The notes under the pieces are model-generated. The model worked only from the letters and a program-made list of their open reading frames with translations, was not told where the DNA came from and did not search any database. From Trichodelitschia bisporula (Eukaryota), in the NCBI GenBank assembly GCA_010356995.1, contig ML996711.1:124001-186525 (forward strand): a stretch of 62,525 nt of DNA, in the 5' to 3' direction. Positions 11,263 to 23,779 of this stretch are shown here, in pieces (the first letter of the stretch is position 1; every line of letters begins with the position of its first letter). The position numbers and the translations under genes were made by a program.

Positions 11263-14200
11263 TGGGCCAAGTTTGAAAGGTTTATTGTGTGTTCGTAGTT
11301 TGCCCATCGGGAACTAGTAAATGTATATAGAATTCAAGATGCACTCTGCCTGTTCGCTTCAATCTGTTACTACAGTAATCTGCGCAACCCGTCTTCTAGC
11401 GTATATACCCATGACGATCTGTTATGCATGCGCCTGAAAACTAGATAGTCGGACCCATCAAATCCATGCAATCTTTGCCTTGAAATGGTAATAGGCCGAC
11501 CTTATGCACCCCACTAATTCTTCGTAAGAAAACCGTTCTGTGCACTCTGCCGTGAGACATAATTGTAAAAAGAAGGGTGCTTTATTTGTTCGTTGTACTC
11601 AAACCGTGCTTCCGCACCAGTGGTCCATCATAAAAAGATCCTGACTCATCTGCCTGGTGTCTAACCGCATAATCCTTACAGACGCTTTAGCTAAAGACCC
11701 AACTGCTCTTCTTCCAAAAGCTTTAGCCATACGCTGGGCTTTTCTTAGCCCCTGGATTTCAATAGTAAATCTGAGCGTTCAGTTGGCTAGGATGCCTGCG
11801 TGCATTGCAACGAGGCGGAACGGTGTTGTACCTGACTTTCCCATTATATGTTAAGACGAGAGAGATACTGATTGATGTGAGATAGCCGGTGAGTACAAGG
11901 CACGCGCTGTTATCGGCTAGATGCGGGGCGTGATTGATAAAGTCCTCATTTGCTGGAGTTGTAGAATAAGATCTGGGGATATGTATGATGCTTGTTCATG
12001 GAGATTACTCTTAACTAGCCAGATAGAAATTTTGGCTACCTTATTGAGCCTTACACACGAGGCGAGGAACTCAAGAGCCGGAGTGTGCAGCTGTCAGTTT
12101 CCTAATTAGCTCCTTCAAAACGGCAGCAGGGCCATTAACTGCCGAAATGAGCGCATCCATAAGTACAAGCCTTGTGGCAAGACTCCTGCCATGTTCGAGG
12201 CCCTTCGGGATTTCAATCTGTAAGAAGGCCATTGTGCGCACATCTCAAAAAGCTTTGCTTATGTGGGTCCTACTGGAGGTATCAGAGACCTATCTATGGC
12301 ATTCCGTTGTGTTGTTATTCTAATACCCCGAGAGGATAGAAAAAGAAATATCACCCAGAGGCTGCTTTTTTGTGCTGATCAAAACGTCCGCAATGACTGC
12401 ACAACCGCAACGAGCCATAGATAAATGCGCCAGCTTCGCGTACAGATATGTTTAGCTATCATTACTACAGTTAAGAAGTTTATCGAATTCACCGTGCCGT
12501 GGCTAGCGGATATTCTTTCGGTAAGCGTAATGCACATAACGCCTTTAGTCACATAACGCGGGTGTGTGCGGACAGCAATGGCGAATTGAATCTGCCTCGA
12601 CGAGACAAGGAACAATCTATCTGGCCTACTGCGCCAATGAGGAAATTCGTCACTGAAGTGGCGAAATTCTTTTTCCGCACTGGATGTAATAGAGCTGCAT
12701 CCAGGGCCTAGCACAGTGTCAATAATCATGGCAGAAGAGGCTTAACCTCGCAAGACTGCAGCTTAACGAACCCCCCTTTCTCAACGAAGTGGTGGACCTG
12801 GTAGAAGGGGACGAATCTGATCGGCTAGTGATCAATCTTTATCTACTTTTCACGAGGGATTGATGGTTCGGCTTGCAGTTTGCTGACTCTGTCGACAAAT
12901 GTCTGCAGCAATCCGACTGAGTATACCAAGGCATAAAACTGTACCCATGCCCTTTACCGGGCCAAGCTCCCGTTGAATATTCCCATAACCGGTAGATGAT
13001 GAAGGCCGCCTCCGTCATATTTTCGCCCGCTATGGAGAGGCTGGTTTTGCAAAGAAGGCAATGTCTTTGGCCTTATGTTTGCATACTGAATGGATCCTCC
13101 CTCTAGACAGTTGTTCCACATTCATCGTCAGAATAACCAGCGCGGTAGCAATTTCAAATTCGCCCCAGTTTACAGAGTGCTTGACCATTTGGTAGCGCTA
13201 AAGCTGGGATGGCTTGTACATCAGACTTTGAAAAATTCGAACTATATATACCTTAGAAACGTCAAATATATACCGGGGATACACATGTCCAGAACCGGCT
13301 ACCAATGAAGTGGAAGCCAAGACCAACCAATAGCTTCTTTACCTATGATTTCGGGTAGGCTGAGAGCTGAATATGGAAATTGAGTACAAGTGCGTTACGC
13401 CAAAAAGGGGTGCATGCAATTCACTTATGCGACTATTAAAGGCTGTAATATTACCCCAGTTACCCTGAAGAGCATCGATAGTGACATCCACTCTGAGAAA
13501 TGTAAGGAACGCTCAGAAAATTGGAAAGGAATGGAAAGAACGACATTCAATTGGTCCGTAGGAATCTGAAGAAAAATACCACAGGGCGATTGTGGACATG
13601 ATGGCTATGGCTTGCACAGCTGGGGGACTCAAGCTGTGGTTCAAAAGGGGCTTGGGCTGGCCATGACGCAAATGTTAACGTAAATTAGCGGACCAATCAA
13701 GCGAGCAGAGCTTGTTGCAAAACGGACCTGTAATTAAATTGTTCTCTCCAGTTGGTGCACCAATTAGCATGAATTCCAGCTAAAGTGCATTAAATATTTG
13801 ACGTCAACCTTTGAGTTATTGCGCATTCACGTGCATGATAGCTTTTTTTGGCTTGTAACAGACTCCATGAGAGAGTTATTTGAAAGTTTTATTTCTCTAG
13901 GGCACACCCAAAAAAGCTACTTATTATGTACAAAAGGCCAAGACAGAATCGCATCACTGTATTTAGGAGCTTCTCCCGCATCGTTCAATTACTCAGCTTT
14001 TCAGCCGAATAAATCAATTTGCTGCCGGAATGGCTTCCGACAGGACGAAAAAGACCGAAGGCCTGCCCAATAGCAGAAGCTCTAGTAACAACCCTTCCAG
14101 TTTATGATTTGGAAGACTCCCGGGCTTTGAGTCATTGCCTGGCATTGCTTGCGTTCTAGTGTTTGCATTGCCTAAAATCCACAATGCCCATGTGCATCAT

Positions 14201-15927
14201 TATATATACTAAGTTATGGCGCCGCCCATCTAAAATTTTCTTTTGGAGGTGGTGTTCTCCTCTATTGCATACCGGGAGGCCTTTCCAGCAAGACAACACC
14301 TTGATCACCACTGCTGTGAATAAAGATAATTTCAACTTCCATCAGCTTTTCAGCTGGAACATCTTGGGTGTACGCGTAAAAAGGCTTAGCTGCTACTGTA
14401 AGCCTATATGTCCGCCTCTAAATTCCATAAAATTCTTTACAAGCAGGGCAGCTTAGAACTCTTTTATTTAATGTGCGCAGCTGCCTCTACCTCATAACTG
14501 ACCCACATGTCTCTCCGGACTGCAAGGACATATATCCGAAATGTCCCGTTTAAGTATTTAGACCATACCATCAGCTCTTCACGGAACAGTAGACAAATAC
14601 ATAAAAGAAATGGTGTATAGTATGCGATATTGAGGTGAACAGCTCGGCCCGGCAAACCATTGCAAGAATACATAATCATGGGTTATGCCCACGTGTCGTA
14701 GGTTTGCAGTGGAAATTGTCGAAGAGCATTCAAGTTTGAGCAAAGATTGATGGCGTACTGGCCCACTTAGCGCATTAAATATTCCAAAAGTCAAGACCTC
14801 GGCACTATCGTTGCATCCACGCATTCAAAATTTGGACAGCAAATTGAGGGACAGGTTACTAGAACCTCCTCCATTTGACGAGAACCTGGTCTTGTATTGA
14901 GCCTGATGACTGGCTGGTATTGCCCCCTAAGACCTTCTTTTGATTGGGTGCCCAGGGCGTGCGTACGTAGAGTAATAGCTTTCTTGGGCTTCTGAAAACG
15001 GATATATGCTCCTAGCAACAAATGGCGGTTTTTACAGACTTAAGGTTATGCTCCAGGCAGTGGTAGGGCAAAGCCGACCTTGTTACATATTCTGTTAGCA
15101 ACTGGGACCATGGCAGTTGCGAGTGGCTTACTCTGTTGAGTGTCAAGTTCTTTCGTCAAGCATATTATTAGTAAATCAATCCACACCCCTCTCTACCGCA
15201 TGGAATTGCGCGCTCAAAACAAGTTTAACAAATTAGGCATGACACAATTCCAAGGACTGCTTGGGAGTTACATTAGCTCCTTTCCACCCAGCCCGTACAA
15301 AATATTGTAGTTCAACAGTGAAGTTCCCCGCAAATGTATTGAGCCATGTTTGTCTTTTAGTCGTTTGGGCCCTGAAAGAAATTTCAATAAGTCAGGTCAG
15401 CACAATTGACAGGCGGGCATTTTCTTGAGCCTCTTGTATCTCATTGCGCTGGAATGAGGTGAATCCAAGTTTGCATGCCAGGAGGTTGCCTGAGTCATTT
15501 TCGAATCTGTTTTCAGTGGGGACGCAATAAATATAGAGACAGTTATTGGAAGTGGAAGGGCCTAATATGGGTGATTTAGTGCAGCTACCAAAATCTCCAG
15601 TGCCAATTGAGACAATGCACGGGCACTGTGACAACGTTAGAAATCCGCGCCCATAATGTCAGTCCTCTCAGGCCTGGCACATATATTGAGATTTCCATGT
15701 AGAATTAAAGGGACGTTAAGAGCATACCAAATGTGTGTTTTACATCTCACGTGTGTGGGAAATAAATGCCCTAAGCTGGCACAGCAGTCAAAAAAGAGGG
15801 AGGCTGAAAGAAAGCTGATAGCTACACTTCTGGTACTTTTGAGTACACAAGCTACCGTCGCCTTTTTAAGATCTAATGCTGGCTGTTACAGATCTGGTAG
15901 GTATGGCTGGGACCTATCAGTACCAAG

Positions 15928-16095
15928 TACTGCGGGCGTCCTCGCAGACGTCTTCGCTGGTGTCCTAGCTAGGATCCTCAATACTTGCGGACCAATCAAA
16001 GGGAATAATACTTTTAACAAAAGCTTTTTGGAAAGAAAGCATGCTCTTTGAATGGTCTTCTAGTTACGAGGACGCCAGCTAGGACGCCCGCAGCA
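15928..16095. mobile_element. Second foldback MITE type (same architecture, different TIR)
   Basis: TIR CTGCGGGCGTCCT (15930) / AGGACGCCCGCAG (ends 16093), ~12-bp subrepeats, inner stem gaccaatcaaag...ctttgaatggtc. Confidence 0.65.
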
Positions 16096-17323
16096 TAAAG
16101 GAAAAGGATCCTAGGCCCGGTGCTCTAAGTTCAGAAAAGAGGAGGTTGTAAGTTCAAAGACGTTCCCATCCTCTCAAATTCCGATGTTGGTACGTAAGCT
16201 GAGAAAGACCTCCAGCTAGAGCAGAGGCAAATCACCAGAGAACCTTCGATAACCCAGCTCCTATATATTTCTGGGTTTTCAATGCCCTGTAGGACGCATT
16301 GGGGGCACACCCCAAGTGCTCGAGGTAAACATCTCACATAGAGACTTTCAAATTCTGGCATCACTTAGAGAACTTAAAAGCACCCCCCACAAGATCATAT
16401 CTAATATAGGCATCGCAGTACGCACACCGTTACATTTGCTCCACATGGAAGCGCATTTCAAATAACACAAGCTCATTAGACTCAGTACTTTAACCATGAT
16501 ACTAAGAAAATTTTAAAATTTGCACTTTCTTAACACTTGTTCCACTAGTTCCCGTGCTTCTGACGAAAGAATATCAAACTTGTTGTTTATTCAAAATGGT
16601 CCAATGTTTTAGATCGTCTAGAGATGGACGCGTCCCTGAAATCTTTACAACTGTACCAGTAGCAAAAGATACTGCTAAACTGTAAATTTAACTTGGCCGC
16701 ATGCAATGGAGCCAATAGTTGACTAAAAATCATTTAATTTAAGCTCATTTCTACCCATTTACATCGCTGGGGAGATATGTGGGTGTAAATTGGATCCAAG
16801 CTTTTGAAGGCAATTTGTGGTATATCTACTAATTAACTTGATTAGGGGTACGCTGGTGCTTTGCCCCTCAAGCATAAATATCGTTGGTTCAAAGGTACTG
16901 TAGCAGCTTTATGTGCTTTCAGCTATCTTCTGCAGCCTCATATCGTCGGATCTAGCCTTAGTGCGGGAGTACTACGGCCATTACACCGGGACGCGACGGC
17001 GGCTATGCTCTATTAGTGACAGTAGGGAATATGGGGGCTGGTGACCTAAAGGAACGACCGTCTATAAGACGTAGTACCTAGAAAGAATTCGGCCAGTATG
17101 CGCTACCGGCTCATACATAGCTACTATTGGCCAAGAGGCATTTTACGCTTTCTTAATGCCGGTTCATTAGCTTGCCGCAGTATCAGTAGTTTTTTGTTTA
17201 GTAAAACATTTTGAATGCCTCGATAAACGCATCACATTTAGTCCATCGGCAATGATAGTCCAGCGCTTGAAGGTTACCGTACCTAGCTAGGGCCTTTTAA
17301 GAGCAAAACTGGACGGCATAAAG

Positions 17324-17563
17324 TGTCATGGCTCATGGTCGGTAGGATGCCTGAGGCCACGACTGATCGTCAGGGTCGCTTGCGCCACCACTGTGGCTGT
17401 GGCTGTGTGGCTAGTGCGGGCTAGCGCCTCGCTTAGCCCCCACACTCCCACACCGTGATTGTGTTTGGCTTTGCCATCCTCTTCCTCTCTTTCCTCTGCA
17501 TCTGATATTTACAATCATCCATCTGCATCCAGAGCTTCGTGCACACTTGCAGTGACCGTGACA
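17324..17563. mobile_element. Solo LTR (240 bp) with 5-bp TSD TAAAG
   Basis: TGTCATGG...CCGTGACA termini; TAAAG at 17319-17323 and 17564-17568. Confidence 0.85.
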
Positions 17564-17891
17564 TAAAGTATATCATCTAACTTAGGTACGGCTCCACTCA
17601 GTGATCTCAAGCACTTGCATAAAACACCCAAAATTCATGCTACACATCTTCCATGCACAGCCTGACAGCTTGAATGATAAAAAGACAGGACTTTGAAAAA
17701 TGTCTCATGAAATACTAGTAGCTCGCTTACATCCAGCATACGTGCTTTGCAGTTAAACAAAAATTTCTCCTGTACCTCGGGCCAATTAAAATACCGCTCT
17801 GCTCCCGGGCGAACATTTCGACCCTTCAGTTGCCTTGATGCACCCTTGGGAAAGTTGGTATCTCACTGCAAAGTGCGGACACTCGCCCTAG

Positions 17892-18077
17892 TATCCCTTG
17901 TACGACCTAGGTACTCGTCGCTTACGTCCCAGCTATCATGGGCCAATTCAAGGGCTAGAATCTAGTTCTGTAAAGGTTCTCTGCTTCTGCAACGAATCCT
18001 ACCTCTTTGAGTGATCCAGGATAGCGGGTGCATAGGCGACGAGCACCTCGGTCTGTCCCTGGGCCGTACATGGGACA
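17892..18077. mobile_element. Foldback MITE copy 3
   Basis: TA-TCCCTTGTACGACCTAGGTACTCGTCG ... GGCGACGAGCACCTCGGTCTGTCCCTGGGCCGTACATGGGA-CA. Confidence 0.8.
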
Positions 18078-18592
18078 AGTATTCTGACTGGTGAGAGGAA
18101 ATGAATTTACATATGCGGTAACTATCATAGAGCTTATGTGCGTTTATATGCTTCGCAGCTTCGATGCAACTTGGCTCTTAGAGGACTTTTTTTTACCCAC
18201 CCCTCCTGGTCAATGCTAAAGACAAGATCAAACCTTTAAAGTTCACGTGCCAGTTACGATGCATTCAAGCGAACGTAGGGGATTCCAAATGGATTTACAT
18301 CACTGTGCGCAACAATAAGATGAGTAGTTGAGACATTATTTGCTCGACACACTCATGATAGAAAAGTGCCTTTGGATTCCCAAAATCAGCGTGTACCGCA
18401 ATGCCAGGAACCTTCATTATTGATCGGTCCTTATTCCTCAATGAAATTAGAATTTGAATCTTTGATTAGCTAGCTATGGGCGTGTATGGCACATGTGCAC
18501 GGCGGGCTTTGGAGTGCGCGCGGAATATTCCCTGTTCCTGTGTTAGGCTTGAAAGAAGTCACACCAATCCTAAAGGCTCATCTACTTTACGC

Positions 18593-18791
18593 TATCCCTT
18601 GTACGGCCCAGGTACTGGCCTAGGTACACGCCCAGGTACCTGCCCAGGCACAAATCTCTGTCATTAACCAATTAAAGAGCTAGAATTTGTTACAGAAACT
18701 GATAGTTCCTAACAGAACTAGACTCTAGCTCTTTAATTAGTTAATGACAGCGATTTGGGCCTGGGCAAGTACCAGGGCCGTACAAGGGATT
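18593..18791. mobile_element. Foldback MITE copy 4 (best-preserved arms)
   Basis: TA-TCCCTTGTACGGCCCAGGTAC followed by ~12-bp subrepeats GCCYAGGTAC; inner stem ctgtcattaaccaattaaagagctaga / tctagctctttaattagttaatgacag; ends GGGCCGTACAAGGGAT. Confidence 0.88.
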
Positions 18792-19561
18792 TCGGAGCAT
18801 GGACTAAATCATGGTCGGACTAGTTTTCGTCACCATGCTACCCCGAATCCTGGAACTTTTCTTCATCATATATCATTTGACACGCACTCTTCCCGTTCAT
18901 TGAGCTGCGGATAAGCGGATAATGATCATATCGCTTAAGGTTGGGATGTACTCAAGGAATGCGCCAAGCCTGCCGCTCTAAGCAGCAGGACTTAGGAGCC
19001 CCTTCCGAAGTTCATCACATAAAAGGGGACTGAATATCCTTTTTGCTCCTTAATGTGTATCGGTAGGCACTGAGTTTGTGGACTGGCGAGGTAGCAAGTC
19101 GGAGAATTCTGACAGCTGGCGACTTTCAAGGTGGGATGATCTGTCAAACAACCATTTCATGGTGGATCGGTAGGCAAGCTGCTTGCAGGATGGCAAACGT
19201 AACTTAGCAGAAGTAACAGCACACGTAAAAGCCAATTGGAGAGACGTAGATGCAGAACCGTTACCTAGCGACTTGAAGAATCCATGACCGAGCGCGAAAT
19301 AAGGGCATAGGCCCTATCGAGATCTGGAAGTCAGAGCGAGTCACGATTGGAGCACTGTCTCAAAAACCAGCATCACAGGAATTAAAATTGAGCTTGATCT
19401 CGCTGAAAACGCCTAAACTCAAACAGAGCCACAGATCCACCCACGCCCGGTACCCCGGGGCACCCAACCTCAACGCCCGACTCCCAACTCCCCACCATCA
19501 TGGCCACCACGAGCTTCAGCCATCAATCATGATCTCGTCAAAAAACACCCTCAACGCAGCT

Positions 19562-21053
19562 CTACTCCTCGAATTTCCTGGACATACAGTCCACAACCTT
19601 GGTGTAGAACTTAGCGGCGCTGCTGCGCGGGAACGCTATCTCCTCGGTCAGGTAGTCAGGCAAGATATCAAGCAAGTCCTGATCATTCATCGCGTCAAAT
19701 AGTGGCGTGTACGCAAACTCTGCATCCTCATAGCTCGTCGGACCAGGCGTGCCTGCCACGGCGGACGTCTGGTGCGAAACCGTAAGGTAGAAGCGAAGCG
19801 CTGAGCGGTTAGCTGGTGCCAGTAAGCAGCGGAGGCAAAAGACTCACTCCCGTTCCGCCCCGTCTGAATGCAGTCGTATGTGTCCTCGTCCGCTTCGCGC
19901 TGAATACCCCGGATCATCAGACCTGTGAGGTCACTGTACAGGTCCTCCTTGAGCTTCAGGAGTTTCACCTCCTCACTCTTCGCTGCTACCGCTGTAGCGA
20001 CAGCCTGGTTCGCGCGCACTTTGACTGCGCTGCCTGGCATCTTGGCTGGTGGCTCGGAGGCGGCACGAGCGGTCGACAGCTTCGCGGTGAGTGCCCGAAT
20101 TTCGTTACGGGAGTCTTGTAGCGATGCGGAAAGGGCCTTGGACTCCGCTGTCAGCCGCGCATTCTCAGCTTCTTGGGCAGCAAGCTTAGCACGAAGCGTC
20201 TTGACCTCTGTATTGGTCTTGCTCTGCGCGGCGAGCTCCCGCTTCAGGGCGGCAATGACCTCGTCTTGGTCTACCCGAGTCAGCAGTGTACGAAAGGAGG
20301 TACAGTGAGCCTACCCTTGGCCTTTTGCTCGGTCGCCTTGCGCAGCTTCTCAAAGTTGCTCTGTGCCTCCACCACGCTTGCTTCACGTAGTGCCTTGTAT
20401 TTGCCCTCCAGCGCCTCGTACTTCTTCGTCATGTCGCCGAGGCGCCGGCGCAAGCCTGGGTCGCGCTCGCTGTCCGATGCGCTACCCTGTCGTCGATGTC
20501 GAATCTGCGCCAGTGGATCCGGTTGCCGGGAAGCGGAGCGGGCGCGGGCAAGCACGGGACGCGGCGGTGGCAGCGGTGCGACAATGGATTCTTCTTCTAC
20601 CCTCAGCAAGTCCCTCTCCTCGACATCCATTGCCTCAGGCTCCGGCTCCGGATCGCGCTCGACGGTCGGCGCGCGTTTTCGCGCAGGCGCAGCTCTTATT
20701 TTCGCTTTCGGAGGCGAGGCATCATCGACGGGCTCCTTTCCTTTGCGCCCGCGCTTTGGCTTCGGCTCCTCCTTTTCCTCTTCCTCCTCCTCACGCTCGG
20801 CAAGCGCTTTCCGAGCCTTTCCTTTAGGCGGTGCCTTCGCGGCAGGCTTCTTCGCGACGCGGTTTTGTGCGGCGGTGACCTTGGCCTTGGTTGCCGTGGA
20901 GCGCTTCGCGCCGGGTTTGCGGTTCTCGGACTGCGAGTCGGGAGTCAGGACCATTTCGGCGTCGGAGCGGACAAATTCGTCTTCGGAGCCGGAGTCAACC
21001 ATTTTAGAGAGCGAAACTGCCTGCTTAAGCAGCTTGGGATGTTTGGGCGGCAT
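19562..21053 (-). CDS. PCS1: Monopolin subunit Csm1/Pcs1-like chromosome segregation protein (3 exons)
   Basis: Basic low-complexity N-terminus, coiled coil, C-terminal KLKEDLYSDLTGLMIRG...YDCIQTGRNG|TLRFYL...LPDYLTEEIAFPRSSAAKFY. Introns 20314-20271 and 19847-19801. Confidence 0.85.
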
Positions 21054-21288
21054 TGCGATTGCGATTGCACGCGAGGCTTAGGTTCTTGGGTGGTGGGAGT
21101 TTTGCGATGGTGCTGGGGGAGGTGTAAACAAAGACGCGCACGGGCTGCGGGCGGCTCGTCGCGTCTCGGCGGCATTGATGTGGGGGTTAGGGTCACATGA
21201 CACGTGCACATAAGACGACATGACGACGTAGACTCGATACTGTAGAGGCTCATTCTACAGTTGCCAGTGTGAAATCATCTCTGACCGC

Positions 21289-22146
21289 CTACTCGTCTCC
21301 TTCTATAATATTCCGTTCTTTCGTGCGTTGCTGGAGCATGCACTTCGCCCAGAAGAATTGAATGGCCTCCAGGTACACCCTCCGATTGCCACGCATATGC
21401 GATACGTGTTTGGTACCCACGAAGCACATCTGCTCAACGTCCCACCCAGCAGCACGCGCCGCCACTGCATGCTCCTCGACATCACTGACTTCCACCAGCG
21501 TGTCGCCGTCCGAGTAGATGTACAGACGCGTCATGTCCAGCGAGACCAGGGTCGTGTCGTTGAGGCTGCTCCGAATCGATTCGATCATGTCCTTCATACC
21601 GAAGAGATGAGCCATCCAAGCGCAGAAGATGAGCATGTAAGCGAGGATAAGACTGAGAGGACCGAAGACGGCACCCTTTGGCATGACCTGCACGATCGCG
21701 TCGCGGGTGCTGGCGAGGCGTGCTTTGCCCGGGCTGCTGTCGAGAACCATGGTGATGGCAGAGAAGGGAGCATGCGTGTGCATACGCAGAGCTTTTGCGA
21801 TTATGCAGAAGTTGCGTGCGCCGCCGTTGGAGAAGGCGTGGACGAGGATGCGAGAGTCATTGCGAAAGGCCTGCAGGATCGTGACCGCAGCCTCGAGGCG
21901 GTGGCGCTGGTTGCTCTCGGTCCGGAGGAAGATGTCACGAGCCGGGCAAGTGACCAGGAGGATCGGGGTGTTTGGAAATATCATGTCGTATGCCGATGTG
22001 TACTTTGCAATGTAGCGCGATGAGGCCCCCATCCAGGTGAGAAGGAGTATCAAAGTAGGCGCCTTGGTGGGGATGCCAGGGCGCAGTGGCGGCTTGTCGC
22101 AGTAATAGACGGACGGGGCCACCTTCTGAAACCCCGGAACCGGCAT
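21289..22146 (-). CDS. DUF829/TMEM53-family protein (PaxU-like)
   Basis: LILLLTWMGA..YIAKY, ILVHAFSNGG, MVLDSSPG, RLYIYSDGDTLV and HVSHMR motifs; intronless; likely start MPVPGF at 22146. Confidence 0.85.
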   Translation of the reverse strand: MPVPGFQKVAPSVYYCDKPPLRPGIPTKAPTLILLLTWMGASSRYIAKYTSAYDMIFPNTPILLVTCPARDIFLRTESNQRHRLEAAVTILQAFRNDSRILVHAFSNGGARNFCIIAKALRMHTHAPFSAITMVLDSSPGKARLASTRDAIVQVMPKGAVFGPLSLILAYMLIFCAWMAHLFGMKDMIESIRSSLNDTTLVSLDMTRLYIYSDGDTLVEVSDVEEHAVAARAAGWDVEQMCFVGTKHVSHMRGNRRVYLEAIQFFWAKCMLQQRTKERNIIEGDE

Positions 22147-23779
22147 GATGAGGATGGCTTTGCAAAATTGGTAGTGTGGATAGTTGGATGGTGTTGCATT
22201 TATAGCGTTGGAGTTGGCTGTTTGAATGGAGCGTACCTGCATCGGCATTCATTCACGTGGCAATTTGCTGCCTCGGTGATATGGTCTGTGCGCTCAGCCT
22301 TATCGATCGCGTTTGAAAGGAGCGGGGTGATTGTTTGCCAGTGCTAACAAATGCTGGGCAACTGCGACCCTCCACCGTGTACTAGCACCTACTCAGTCAT
22401 TCCATGCATATAGCACTGGTCTGCATAATGATGGCACGAATTCCGCCCCTTAAAGTCCTTACAGCTTACACATACCCGGAGAAGATAAGGGGCCTTCATG
22501 CCTCCCAATGTAACCACTAGGTCATCCTGTCTCGGTTGGTATGGTCCGACACTCAATTACCCGTTCTTGGTAATACAGACTGTGTGGTACTGTACTTATT
22601 CATCAAACTCGTAAAACTAAAGCCGTCCGGCTGTCCTTTCCTGAATGATTATTTCTGCAGCACTGTCGTGGCCAAACCGGAGTGCCTTATCTACCAATCA
22701 AAGGCTATATTGAAGTAGGTTGGTCTGGTCATATATTATTCAAGTACATTAACCAAGATCGCCAGTCAGTGAAACCTCATTTTATATTTCGGCTCTGGCC
22801 TGGCGGTGTTCCCGCAGGCCGTCTGTATCCCTAAATATGCCGGCAAAGAGTGGCCGTCGGTTCAAGAGCAAAGGTAAAAAGGCCATCGGAAATCGTCCAT
22901 ACCAGTGAGTCTAAACTTAGCCAGGTATACGCCCATACTGCCTTGTTGCGAGGGGAATCCAGACGCAACTGGCGAGAACCACAGAGCCGAAAGCCCTTCC
23001 CTAGTCTGCAGCACAGCTTTAGGCAAGGACCGGACTCGAAGAGGGGACGGCAGAATTCAGGTGAGGTTGGACCAGGTCAGAGCATACTGAAAGAGGAGAA
23101 GCAAAGACTTCAGTGTTGACGCGAGCTGGCCGTAAAGGGATGTCTCGTCGAAAAGGCTGAAGAATGTCAAGTCGTGAGAAATGGGTTGCTGCCTTTCACG
23201 TTAAGCCAGTTCCAGGGCGTGTTGATAGAAGGAAGAACTATGGAGATTAGAAGAAGCGAAAACATAAGATTGAAACTCCGGGCAGCGGTTGAGGAGCAGC
23301 TAGAAGCTTCATGCTCCAGAGCATCGTTGGCTTCACGGCACTATTCTCGGCAGAGGTCAGCCTCATAGCTTTTCCAGCAAGCCTTAAAAAATAGAATTCG
23401 ACCTATGCCAGACGGCACATGGTAATCCAGAACCAAAGACGAGAGAGATGTGAGCAAGGCGACGCAATAATGATGTTGACATGCACTTCCGACATTGGTT
23501 GCCAAAAATTCCTGCCTAAGGCAGTCGTTTGGTGCCTCGCCTTAGCCCACCGCTAAGATTAGATAAGATGGGATTCCATCACCGTCTATGACACCAGCGG
23601 AGATTATCAAGCACCTCCACCCTGTAGCTCTACAATCCTCAATTCTGCGCGGCCAGCCATACCGCAACCCAAACCTCCCCGTATACCTCAATCCGGATTG
23701 CCTCCAGCTGCTATCCGGTTCTCTCGCCCCGCTCTGCTTCCGCCCGTCTCCCCCGTCAACTTCTTTCGCTATTCCAGCT

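Noticed and set aside
21289..22146. Indole-diterpene biosynthetic cluster suggested by the PaxU-like gene
   Set aside because: No prenyltransferase, GGPP synthase, P450 or FMO genes nearby; DUF829 is widespread.
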